Shown here: piece after piece, positions 13,401-26,392 of the stretch | Layout: each line of letters starts with the position of its first letter | Position numbering within the stretch: the first letter of the stretch is position 1 | NCBI GenBank assembly: GCA_002245135.1 | Contig: NGBS01001163.1 | Span: 124,001 to 188,000, forward strand | Reading direction: 5' to 3' | Origin: Proteromonas lacertae | Lineage: Eukaryota | DNA length: 64,000 bases | The notes under the pieces: model-generated | Databases searched by the model: none | The model's input: the letters and a program-made list of their open reading frames with translations, nothing else | Told to the model about the DNA's origin: nothing | Made by a program: the position numbers and the translations under genes

Positions 13401-16400
13401 CTAGATGATAATGCATGTATAGTAACATTGCTAGGAAGTTATACAAATGATTTTTTGTTTTATTACAATGAAAGTGGATTAACTCCAACTACTATTCCTT
13501 TATTAATAACTGATTTTACAATTAGAATGTTGAACGATGAGAATGAATTATTATTTTCTAATCACTATGGAGGTGAATCGTTTTATCGTAGAAGCAAATA
13601 TCCAGCAAATGTTGAACTATTTAATTATATTCAAACTTATAAAGGTAATCCAGATGATAATGTCAATCAGAATATGATAGTTATGTATGATGCAATCCAT
13701 ATATTAGTAACTGCTTTGGAAGGAATTGCTTCTACAGATTCACAGACGTTAAAAGATGCTTTATATGGTGTAAGATTGGATATGCCAAATGGAAAAATGG
13801 GAATTATTAATAACAACTATGCAACTACTCATTTCTTAATTGTTAAAATTAAAGATGATAAAGATGTTATTGAAGTGATGGATTTACCATTTCCTATTGT
13901 TCCACATCCTTGGTATTTCTTAAATAATAATCAAGACTATTATACTACTGATTTCTCAATAAGTGGAGGAGATAAAGATAATGTAAAAGAAAGTAAAGAT
14001 TATTATGGAATAGCCTTCTTCTTAGATATAAAAGATGCAAATAATAGAGGATTTTTAGATTTTATATTAGTGAATCTATATATAGAAACAGCTAATTATA
14101 ATGGTGGAATAAAAAATAAATATGTCTATTCTGAAGTTTATCAATGTCCAACAGATGATGGTGAAGCTGCTAAAAGGTTAATGATATTATATAGAAGGAA
14201 ATTTAAGATTATAATAGGTGGTTGTTCAGTTCATACAAGAGATATAATGACTGAATCCTTAGAAGCTTTAGATTTCATATTACTTTACACTGGTCCAAAC
14301 TCAGGTCAAAAATGTTCTAAGAATATAATATCACTTTCTACACATCCTACACAAGATGTTTTACCATCAGCATTACATTTATTATATAGAGAAACAAGAT
14401 CAATATCATTTATATATTCAAATGAAGTGGATTATGATGGACAGGTCAAAATGATTGAAAGTATATTTGAAGCATTTAATGTTCAATTTGCTGATAAGAA
14501 AAATATTGATCCAACTAGTACTTCTACTATAAGTGTTGATATTGAATCAGCTTTATATGCATTACATCAAAGAATGCCAAATGGTGGTGCAATTCTATTA
14601 TTACTCTCTAACTCAGCAGTTGAACAATTCTTAGAAATATTTTACAAGTATTTTTCTGAATCATTAAATTTGCAGGATTCTAATGAAATAGCTAAAATCT
14701 TTACACTTTATATTATTGATAATACCCATACAGAATATAATAGACTTTATGCTGATGGTCATTATGTATATTCACCCTATAATATTGATGCAAGTAATCA
14801 AGTATCAACTGATTTTGAATCTACATTTCAATCTATCGCAGATAGACAACATGCTACATATCAAGATGCATTATTGTCAAATGCTATTCAAATAATGTTA
14901 ACTACATTAGAAGGTGCTACATCATCTGAATTTGAGGTAATTCGTAAACAGTTATATGAAACAGAAGTTGAAACTGTATTAGGAACAACAAAGATTGATT
15001 CTGGCAATATAGTGATTCAGAATATGAATTTTGCTCAGATAATTAATGGAATTGTTACACATGTTGATGTATTACAGTCGAACCTACCTGGTGAAGCTTT
15101 TAGAGTTGAATTTAATCGAAAGAAATATACTGTTTGTAATTGGTTATATAATATTGAATATTTAGAAGTTAAAACAATCAATATTGGCTTGATATTACCA
15201 TCCAAAGTAATCTACAGAAAAGAAGGAATTGAGTTTTATCAAGGTATTTTTACAGCAATAGAATATACCAACAGAAACAACGGAATTAAGGGAAAATATA
15301 TTGTACCAATAACAATGGTTGATGGTGATGATCCAGAATATGCTAAGAATATAATGAGGGAATATATTAAAGAATATAACATATTCATCTTCTTAGGAGG
15401 TTGGACAACTGAAATAAGAGATGCTTTACATGAAGTTGCATTAAATACAAGTAGTATATTATTCTATCCCAATGATTATGAAGGTGAAGAATGTCATTAT
15501 AATGGATATTATTTAGGTTTATCTTATTCATCCTTCTTTACATTCCCAACAATTATAAGAGGTGTAGATGAAGGTAATACTATATTATTATATAGTAACA
15601 CATATTATTCAACTTATTTTGCCCAACATCTTACCGAAGATTTAGCTGTATTTGATGTTAAATTGCTATTATCTTTACAAATACCTGTAGAGAATGAAGA
15701 TATGAGTGAAGTAGTATCACTTATTAGTAGAGTAGCTCCAAGGAATGGTATTATATTGAACTTATTAGATGGTAATTCAAAAACATCACTTGTTATAATG
15801 ATGAAACAGAATGGTTTAGTACCTCCAAAATATTACTCTTATAATTTGAATTTTGACGATTTAACTGTGATGGAAGTGGAAGATTCAATAGGTGGTAATT
15901 ATATATTTGATTCATATGACAGTAGTAAATTAGATGATTCTACATTAGCATTATCAAAATCATTTGATAAAGAGTTCTTATCTTATTGGACATATCTAAA
16001 GGCTACTAATAAAGTGATTGGTAGAGGAATTACAGCTGTTGAAATTATAGCAAATGTAGGAAATCAATGTGAGAATTTTACTTATAAAGACTTTAGAGAA
16101 AATTTATATACAACTAAAACAAAGACGATATTAGGGGAATTGACGTTTTCAGAGAATAATCAATTACCAAACCTTGTATCAGTAGAATCAAAAATATATA
16201 ATCCAAATGATGGTAGTATTGATAGTAAAATGTTATATAGAACCCAAGTATCTATTATATCTCGGCCATATGGTAATATATTAAGAAATGAACCAGTAAA
16301 AAGATGTAATTTAAGACATACGAGTGATATAGAAACTATAAGTGTTAAATATATTGCGTTAATCTTCTCCGTATCAGGTTCTGAAAGAATAACACATGAA

Positions 16401-19400
16401 AATGCAATTTATGGAGCTTTAACTGCATTACATTACTTATATGATAATGAAATGGGTGAATGATAATATATTATTAATGAAATTAGTTGATTATGGAAGT
16501 GATAATGAAGTATTAGCAGAAAAATTGAAAGAATTAGAAAATGATGATTCAATTGTTGCTTATTTAGGATGTACAAGTCCAACATGTAAACGAATGGTAG
16601 AACAAGCTGCTAATAAGAATAATAAACTATTCTATTATCCAAGAATAACAGCAGGACAAGAATGTGATTATAATACAATCACTACCAGCATGGTTGCAAA
16701 TCAATATGTTACTCGATTTTTAGAATATTTAATTTCTACTAAATATGAGTCTTATATTTATATTATTGCTGAAGAAACTACAGCTTGTACAAACTTGATG
16801 AGTATATTTGAAGATGCTGCTCAAGGTTTATTCACTACGAAAGGTAGGTTTATAATCTCAGATTCAAATCCATTAACTATCAATGTAGTTGAGAATATAA
16901 CTAATGTTTACTTACCAGATGGTGGTATAATAATTACAATATTTAGTTTACCTGGTTATTTAAAGAAGTTTTTAGAATATCAATATAAAATGCATATAGA
17001 CCATACAAAATGGGGTATAGCTGATGCATTATTAGAAATTGAAGACACAAACGGTATTCCCAATGAACATTTAACTGATTTATTAAAATATAGTCGTTAT
17101 TTTATGGATATAAATACAGAAAATAACCAAAAATTTGGTCAAAGATATTACCATTATACAGCCCAACAGAAAATCACCAGTTTAGCAGAAGCATCCTATT
17201 CAGGAATATTATTATATGCCAAAGCAGCACAAAAGGCCGAATCCTTTGATACTGATTTAATACGATCAGCTTCACATGGTATAAGTGTCGATTCAGGTAG
17301 TGGAACTGTACAAATTGCTGATAATAATTTCGTTGATTCTCCATTCTTTGTGGCACAGTTCCATAGTGATGGTAGTTATAGTACAATCTATAGTAAATAT
17401 GATGTACAAACACCTTCCCCTTGGAGTTGGAATATTGATTCAACTTATGGATTAATGTGTTCATTCTTAACAGAGAAGAAGCCACAGTATGAAGTTCCAG
17501 TGAAAAGAACAGTTTTAATTGCGTCTTTAACAGGTGTTAATGCGATTGATACTCAAGGATTAGTTGATATTTACCAAATGGCTATTAATGATATAAATAA
17601 TAATAATGGTGGAATTGGTGGTTATACTATCAAACCAGATGTATTTGATGTTCAATCCAATACTGAATATTGTAAAATAGAGATTCCTAAATATATGAAA
17701 CAATTCGAGCCATTAGTTATATTTGCAGCTATTACATCTGAATGTTATGAAGCAGTATATCAACAAATGGAAATACAACCAACGCTCTATGTTGAATTGA
17801 ATAAAAAACCTCAGGATTTCTGTAATAGATATGTATTAGTTGCTGTAGAACATTCTACATTATATAATCCAATTATAGATGTTATTAGAAATAGGTTTTA
17901 TGATAATATATTGATAGTTACCTCTACTGGAAGTAATAATAATATTGATGAGAGTGAAAATCAACATGATACTTCATTATATATTCAATCATATTTCAAG
18001 AAATTTTATGTCGATTTTGTTTCTTACAATACTAAAGAGGTAACAGAAAGTGAGTTATTGGTGAAGTTACAGGAATATGATGAATTAGTGAAAGAGAAAG
18101 GATGTATATTGTATTTTGGACATGTTGATTCATTCAAAGTGTTTATGAATACATTACAATCAAAAGGATATACTGAACCTAAACATCATGTGATAGTAAT
18201 GGAGAATAGTAATTTATTCAGAAGTTTAGATCATTATGGTTATGAAGAAGTAGAATTCTACCAATCAGATGAAGAAAGTGATGTAAATAAACAATTCAAA
18301 GAGAAAATCTATCAAAGAATCGATACTACCACTTACATTAGTGATTTAATGATTAGAACTTACAGTGCAATAAACCTATGGGCAAAAGCAATTAATACAT
18401 TACCATTAGAAGATAAGAGTGGTTTTATGGTTGCTGATGTTGATGTTAAGAATGTAAGAGCAGCAATATTAACAGTTGAAGATACATATCCAGAAGGTTT
18501 AGTGTATTTCGGTAAAAATCAATATTTAGCTCGTATTCCTAGATTGACAAAGTTAAATCAAGATAAATCCACTACATTGGTATATACATCAATGTATGCG
18601 AGATTACCAGAAGCATGGGCAAATACAGCAGATGGTAAGTTTAGAAAATGTGATTTTACCAATGAAGATATTGAAGAAGATAAAGTAGTAAATACTTATC
18701 TAATTGCTATTATATTATCACTTTCTGGTAAAGATAGAGAGAAAGAAACTCCAATATTACAATCTGTATTAACAGCAATTGATAGAATTAACTTAGATTC
18801 ATTATTATTAGATAATTATATAAATTATGACTTATACAATGCTGAATCGAATGATACTAATTATATTAAATATGCTAAAGAGATAGTTGAAAATAAGAAA
18901 TATGATTATATATTTGGAGGATATAATCCTGAGACTTTAATAGAAATTGGTCATTTATTTGATAATACCAAACAGCTATTCTTCTTCTTAGGTAAATCAT
19001 TAGGTACAAATTGTTATAGTAATACAATAATCTCTTATTTACATCCTTATCAAATAGCTGATGCTACAATTCGAAGATTATTAGAATTAAGTTCAAGTGC
19101 ATTTTTAATAAAATCAAAAGATACTTATTCTAATATGATTGCTCAATTAATAACAGATAAAATGCAGAATCTAATTATTACATCGAATGGTAATGTTGAA
19201 TATAGTGGTGGTGGAACTACAGGCAATAAGATAATTAACGATATACAAAGAGCTTTACCTAATGGAGGTTATATATTAACAGTAATGGATATTGAAGCAG
19301 ACATTATTGATTTTTATAAATACTTCTGTAAATCATCATTGAAATATCCAACTTACACTATTATCAATGTGATATTGAATGAAAATACTATTCAGAAATT

Positions 19401-22203
19401 AGATAAATCATGTTTGAATGGCTTTATTATCATTGGATCTTATTTTGAATCAATTGGTAATGAAGATATGACTGATTTAGCAATTCCAGCAGAAGCTCCA
19501 ACTTATAATACATATTTCCATATTCGTATAGGTAGTATTTATGCTACAAGTGAATATGAATCAGCTTACTCAGCCTTTGAACTGTGGAAAAACATTGTAA
19601 GAAAAGTCAATTCATTTGAATATGATGATATTAAATACTTATATCATTATTATGTAGATGTACCATCTGACCAATTAGAAGTTAATCCTAATAATTATTT
19701 CAACAGAAGAGTATTTGCTGGTACAATAGATCAGAATGGTAATATCAGAGTAAATTGGGGACCAACAGTTACATTTAAACCACAGATATATGATCAATAT
19801 AATGATAGTGAAATAGGATATATATGTGATTTTAGTGATGAAAATAAAGGTGAGCATTACAATACAAATCCAATTATATTATCGTTTATTCATGAGAAAG
19901 ACTTAGGTGGAAAAACTGAGAAATATAATGCATTACTCCAAGATATGGTGATTAATGAAATTAACTCATTAGGTGGAATATTAGGAAGACAATTAGCAGC
20001 TAATCACACTTGGTTAACTATAAATGATGCTTATAGAAATGTAAGAGCAATAGTTGAAACAGGAAGATCAGAAACAATATTAGGAGGAATAACTGCTGAA
20101 TGTAGAAATGAAGTGGTTAGATATTTACAATCTCATGATTTATTATATTTCTTTACTGGGAGAGATGATGGAACTCAATGTGATGAAAATACAATAACTT
20201 CTGGTTTGTCAATGAATCAAAAAGTAGATGCGTTATATTTATATATGACTACATTGGAATTAACCTATGTATATTTTGTAGGAAGTGATAGGAATTCAAC
20301 ATTAACAGAATATCATTTATTTGAAGAGAAATTCAATGGTTCAAAGTTTACTTTCTTAGGAACATCTTTCTTTTCACCATTCAATAAACAAGTAACAACT
20401 AATGTAATGAATAAAATAGATGCATTATTTGAAGAAGTAGATAGAATAGCATTAATCAATCTATTTATTGCTAATGAGAATAGTGAATTTTTACCATATT
20501 TAACTAGTAGTCATAACTTTGCATCAATGACAAATATATTTTTAAAATATGATCCTTCTGATATTTCATCAAAGTATAGTTCAGTATTAGCTGGTTCTTA
20601 TGTTGTATCTTCATATGCACCAAGTGTATCTAATACAGCATCAGGCACATTCCAATATTTAACAACATCAGAATATCAAAATGCAATTACACTCTCTGAA
20701 TTATATGAAACAAGTTATAGTACAATCTATATGTGGAAAGCAGCTGTAGAATATTCAAAGACATATGCTTCTAGTGAATGGCCTAATAATGAGTATATTC
20801 GATTGAGTTTAAAGTATGTTACATATGATGGTCCTAGTGGTAGTAGTTCAATCATTAATAATAACCATGCAAAGAAGAATGTTTATATATTTAGATTATT
20901 AGATGGTGATATTACACAAGTTTACCCAAAACAAGGAATTGAATATACAACAGAAGGTAAAATGACATATAGAAGTGAATCAGATTGTTCATTTTCTAAA
21001 AATATAAAGATTTATGAATTAAATAATGTTACTCAATTAGCAACAATTGTTTTAGATATAATTAATACATTGTTATGTCTATTTATTGCATTAATTGTCT
21101 TTATATTTAGACATACGAAAGTTATTAAAAGTGCCAGTCCTTTGTTCTTATATTATACATTAGTTTCATTGATATTCTTAGCAGCAATTGGTAATGTATT
21201 CCCATCTTTACCAGATACTCAATTTGTATGTGAAATGAGAATATGGGGCTTAGCCATAACTATAGATTTTGTATTTAGTATAATGTTTTGTAAAGCTTGG
21301 AGAATTCATAAATTATTCAACAATAAAGAATTAGCAAGAGTAAAAGTATCAAATACTATGTTATTGAAGATGATTGGTATTATTTTAATGGGACAAATCA
21401 TTTATTTAATCATTTGGACTGTTGTTAAACCATCAAAACCAATATTATCATTCTCTACAGGTTATTCTACCTATTTAGATGATGTATTTATTCAAGAATG
21501 TACTTCAAATATTATATTTGTTGTTATACAATTAGTTGCAATTGCTTTAATATTCTTATGGGGTGCAAGACTGGCATGGAGTGTGAGAAAAGCATCAGCT
21601 GAATTTAATGAATCAATGTCTTTAATGTCAACTATTGGATTAATGTTAATTATGGGTGTGATATTAGTTCCTTTGGATTATTTAATGGCTTCAGAACCTG
21701 ATACATTATCAATATTAAGAAGTATGGGTATTGAAATAGGCGTATTTGCTATTATTATATTACAATTTGGAAGTAAGATAATGTATATTTGGAATGTTGA
21801 ATTAACTACTACTTTTGGATCTTCTTCTTTACTTGGTGGAAGTAGCAGTATGAATAGTTTACATCAAAAGTCACAAGCAATGAAACGAGCTGCAGCTCGA
21901 GGTAGATTTGCAGTTAAACCGAATTTAATGGAGTGTTTACCCATCACATTAGCAACAATATCTGAAGCTGAGAGATTCTTCGATGAAAGAGCTGGAAGAA
22001 CTAATTCTGTTGGAACACCTATGAGTTTTAGTCGTAAACAGTCATCTTTAGCTCATCCTAGTGGAAGACCCAGTGCTAGACCAAGTGCAAGAATATCAAA
22101 CGCATCTGCAGCTAATCCTAACAATGTTGCTATAAATACAGCCGTTGGTGTATTAAGTCCTATTACACCAATAAGAGAGAGAGCAGAATCTGGTAAACAC
22201 TAA
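10448..22203 (+). CDS. Giant class C (GABA-B-like, 7tm_3) GPCR with signal peptide and nine tandem periplasmic-binding-protein type 1 (UrtA/AmiC-like) domains; two apparent single-base frameshifts (~12145, ~16455)
   Basis: Signal peptide MFQLYTLVLLIVSVTS. ~390-aa repeats with IN-x-x-GGI-x-GR-x-L, FLGGWT and LFYPNDYEGEEC motifs. The 7TM region (~21030-21790) has the class C hallmarks KVIKSASPLF, CEMRIW, KAWRIHKLFNN and EFNES. Three consecutive ORFs break in the middle of domains. Confidence 0.88.
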
Positions 22204-22346
22204 GTGAATTTAGTCCTTTTTTGTTATGTAATTATAAAACATTTTATATATATTATTGTAAGACTGTTATAATGTGTGTGTTTTTTATGAAAAGCAAGAA
22301 AAAATTACGAAATAAAAAAAAAGAATCATCATTAAACACACTTTAT

Positions 22347-23378
22347 CTATATTCCTTTAACAATTTCATTCTCTTTTTGAGCTGCCCATTCGCACCAACT
22401 ACCATCATACACTTTCACAGATCCTGGAGCTGTTCTTCCAAGTAAATGCAAAGCAAATGCAATATAGCAAGCAGTACAACCAGAACCACATGCACATATT
22501 ATTGGTTGTTTTTGTTGAATATCAACACCTATTTTCTCAAAGGCTTGTCTCAATTCATCAAGACTTCTCCATTCAGGTATAACTGGTTTGATTAATTCAG
22601 TGAATGGTATATTCTTACCACCAGGGATATGTCCTGATGATAACTCTACTCTTGGCTCTGGGTCTTTACCTATAAATCTTCCATAACTTCTAGCATCGAT
22701 GGTTGTAAATGGAATTTTTCCTTGCTTATATAAATTAATAGTTAATTTAATTTGGTCCATGTTAACCACTCGGTTCTTGAAATCACTATCACAAACGTAA
22801 GGATGTTCACTTTTGACTGGTTTTATAGTGTTATCAGTGACAACTGGACTATCTTCATCAACCCATTTCTTTAAACCGCCATTTAGAATGGCTACAGGTT
22901 GATTTTTGTTGAAACATTTGAAAGTCCACCATAATCTTGGAGCTGTAACTGCATCTGCATCATCATAACTAATAAGTAAAAAAAAAATAAACATTTTATA
23001 AATACACAATAACAGTATCACTACTGTTTATACCCAAATTTTCACAATATTCGCTAAATTCCTTTTCTGTTGGTAACATATGGGGGTATGGACTTTTCTT
23101 ATCGCAACATTCATTTATATCAAAAAAAGCAGCATGAGGAATGTGGATCTAACACAAATTAGTGTTTGAAGAATACTTGGTCAAATTTCTTTTGAAATCC
23201 TGGGAATGGACTCCATGAACAGTCTAAAACTTTAACATTGGGCTTGTTGTAATGAGCTCTAAGCCAATCAGTAGTAACAAGTCCTAGAACATTATAAATT
23301 GCTTATACCTGTTTCAACGCCATATGCCATTGATGTCATATTACGACTAGCTAGTTTTGCACCACGTAAGAGATTCAT
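22347..23378 (-). CDS. MPST: 3-mercaptopyruvate/thiosulfate sulfurtransferase (tandem rhodanese) with probable mitochondrial/MRO targeting peptide; 4 exons
   Basis: LVTTDWL, HIPHAAFFDI, PHMLP, APRLWWTF, LNGGLKKW, DARSYGRF, GHIPG, active-site CGSGCTAC, YDGSWCEW. N-terminus MNLLRGAKLASRNM is Arg-rich with no acidic residues. Confidence 0.92.
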
Positions 23379-23528
23379 TAAAATCTTAATGTAAATCTAT
23401 GTCAATTTACATTGTCAATTTTTGAAATTACTTCAGTTTAGTTTTGAATTTCAAAGTGAAAATGTATATGATCCAAGCAATAGATGCTTATAATATTTTT
23501 ATAAAATGTTTTATTATTATTCTCATAG

Positions 23529-24102
23529 ATGTCTACAAGAGGTTCAGCTGCAAAGAAAGGAAAAGAAAAGAAATATGAAAGACCAGGTTTAACAGAAGAA
23601 GAAATCGAAGAAATTCGTGAGGCATTTAATTTATTTGATACAGATGGCTCTGGTATATTTATGCATGCTGATTTTCACTAGGAACTATTGATCCAAAAGA
23701 ACTTAAAGCCGCAATGCAATCACTTGGATTTGAAGCTAAGAATGCTACTATTTATCAGATGATTGGAGATATTGATAAGGATGGATCAGGTGAAATAGAT
23801 TTTGACGAATTCCTTGATATGATGACTGCTAAAATGGTATAGAATCATATAATTAGTGTTTATTATACCAATAGAGCGATAAAGATACAAAAGAAGATAT
23901 CAGAAAAGTCTTTAATTTGTTTGATGATGATATGTCAGGAAATATCTCTCTAAATAACTTGAGAAGAGTTGCAAAGGAGTTAGGTGAAAATATGACAGAT
24001 GCTGAACTTATGGAAATGATTGAAAGAGCAGATACAAATGATGATGGTGAAATTGATTTTGATGATTTCTACACTATTATGACCAAAAAGACATTTTCAT
24101 AA
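23529..24102 (+). CDS. Centrin (4 EF-hands); 3 coding exons
   Basis: [46 protein letters not shown]...[32 protein letters not shown]...MTKKTFS*. Confidence 0.95.
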
Positions 24103-24220
24103 ACTAAATGCTTAACTATGTAATTATTATTTTTCAAAATGTATTTTATTGAGTTGTTCTTGCTGTAATGATTAATTGAATTTTTAACCGTTATTTAATA
24201 TTTCAAATATTTTTAAAAAT

Positions 24221-24692
24221 ATGTCAAGACAAGGTTACCCACCAAGTCCAAGTAATCGTGGAAATGGTCGTCATGTGTCATGGGACACATCACCTATAGT
24301 GTATCAATAAAGCATTAACATTTATGTAGATCTCCTTCAAGAGCTAGAAATGGTCCATACAATAATATGTATATTAATTTATTAATTGCTCTATAGAATT
24401 CCGCAAGGCGATGCTCCCTATAGCGATCCTGGAAGACCTCCAATTACGGTTATGCAAGTATATTTTCAATCACATATCATAATAGCCAACTGGTGGAAAT
24501 GACAATATGGGAGGTATATTCACATATGACCAACAACCATTCTCTCAACCAAGAAATCCAACAAATTCTTCTCAAGTATTAACTATTTTCTTATATATTA
24601 TTCAATAGAATAGAGGCGATCAAATGGTTGGTGTATTTACATACGACCAACAACCATTTTCACAACCTCGAGATCCAACAGGAGTTTCACAA

Positions 24693-24726
<34 letters not shown>

Positions 24727-26276
24727 CTATATTATTTATCAATAGAGAGGAGTTGATCAAATGGGTGGTATATTCAATTACGATCAACAGCCATTCTCTC
24801 AACCTAGAAATCCACAATCAGGCCCAGTTCATGCTGCAATGAAAGACAACATGAGTAATATATTTGATTATTCAACCGTCGATGCACCAAAGTCAAGTGT
24901 AAATGTATCACAACCTAGTGGTGGTAAAGATCAAATGGGTGGAATATTTAATTATAGTCCAAGTTATGATATGCCAAGATCAAGTACAAATGTGTCAAAT
25001 GTATTTAAATATATTATCTATTCATTTATTTATGTATGTATATAGCCAAGTGGAGGTAAAGATCAGATGGCAGGAATATTTAATTATGACCAGCAACCTT
25101 TTTCTCAACCACGTAGTTCAGTAAATGTCTCGCATGTATAAATAAATATATATATATATATAATTAATATAGCCAAGTGGTGGTAAAGATCAGATGGCAG
25201 GTATATTCAACTACGATCAACAACCATTCTCACAGCAACGAAGTACAGTCAATGTCTCTCAACCATCTGGTGGTAAAGACAATATGTCTGGAATATTCAC
25301 ATACGACCAACAACCGTTTTCTGTACCTCGATCTAATGCAAAACAACAATATGGTGGAAGTGAGCAAATGTCTGGTTTATTAGGAAATGATAATAGAATG
25401 GATAGAGGATATGTTGATCCATATAAAATCCCACCTAGTCAAGGTTATTCTAAACCAACCAATGTTCCAGGTTTAACAGATGTTGGTGATTTTGGTGGAA
25501 GAGGTGTTAATAGTAATTCATACAAACCAAACCCACCTCAAGCTCAATCTAGACAAGCTCCACTTCAAGCTTTGCCAATAGGTGGTGGTGGTGCAGCTAT
25601 CAATGATGATGATTTATTTGGTGGTCCAAATGCAACAGGAATGGGAAGCAGAGATAGAAATAGATCAACACCATTAAAACCACCATCCTCACATGGTTAT
25701 GATAATATATATGGCAGTAGTAGTGGTGTAGGTAGTGGTAATGTATTACATGCAAGTGATGTATATCCAAGTGCAGCTGTACCTGATTTATATGGCAATA
25801 ATAATAGCTCAATTGGTAATTATGTAAAACCATCAGTTGTTCCTGGATTAGATAATTTAGGCTATTCTAATCCCTATGATCCTCCAGCTAGTAGTTATAT
25901 TAGCCAACCAGATCCATATTCAGCTAAACCTCCTAGCAGTAGTGGAAATGGTAATTATTCTAGACCTCCAGTTCCATCAATACCATTATCAGATTATAAT
26001 AGTAATATTCAACCATCAAATCCACCATCTTATAGTAATAATACAAGCGCACATACTAGTGTAAAAACATCACATCAACCAGGCGGAGAAAGTCATTGGT
26101 CGTTATATGATATGTCCAGTATGGCACCACCTCAATCTCAATTGAAAGGAAATAATAATTGTTATACTGCTCCTCCTAATCGATCAACTCTATCATCTGC
26201 TGGTAGAAATAGTATGAAAGGATATGATCCTAGAGGTCAACCACCTGGTGGAAGGGAAACTTTTCAATTAGGATAG
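24221..26276 (+). CDS. Intrinsically disordered repeat protein with 8-9 copies of (P)SGGKDQMxGIFxYDQQPFSQPR and C-terminal PGG motifs; multi-exon
   Basis: Repeat Met positions at ~24507, 24624, 24761, 24851, 24935, 25067, 25194, 25284 and 25368. Terminal TSVKTSHQPGGESHWSL and QPPGGRETFQLG*. Confidence 0.8.
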
Positions 26277-26392
26277 ATTATAACCTATTTCTAATTATTA
26301 ATCTTATTATCAAATAGAATAGTGTTTTTGTTTAAAAGTGAAATCAAAAAATAATAATAAAATTACATAAAGATTGATAATAGTAAAACAAA

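Noticed and set aside
12140..16460. Programmed ribosomal frameshifting in the GPCR
   Set aside because: No shared slippery motif at the two sites; similar single-base indels occur in unrelated genes (~38507, ~60688), which favours sequencing error.
23388..23413. 9-bp inverted repeat aatgtaaat/atttacatt between MPST and centrin
   Set aside because: Short and AT-only; expected by chance at this base composition.
24485..25400. Regularly spaced repeats separated by unique AT-rich spacers, superficially CRISPR-like
   Set aside because: The repeats vary at synonymous positions and encode a peptide; the spacers are GT-AG introns; no cas genes; eukaryotic context.
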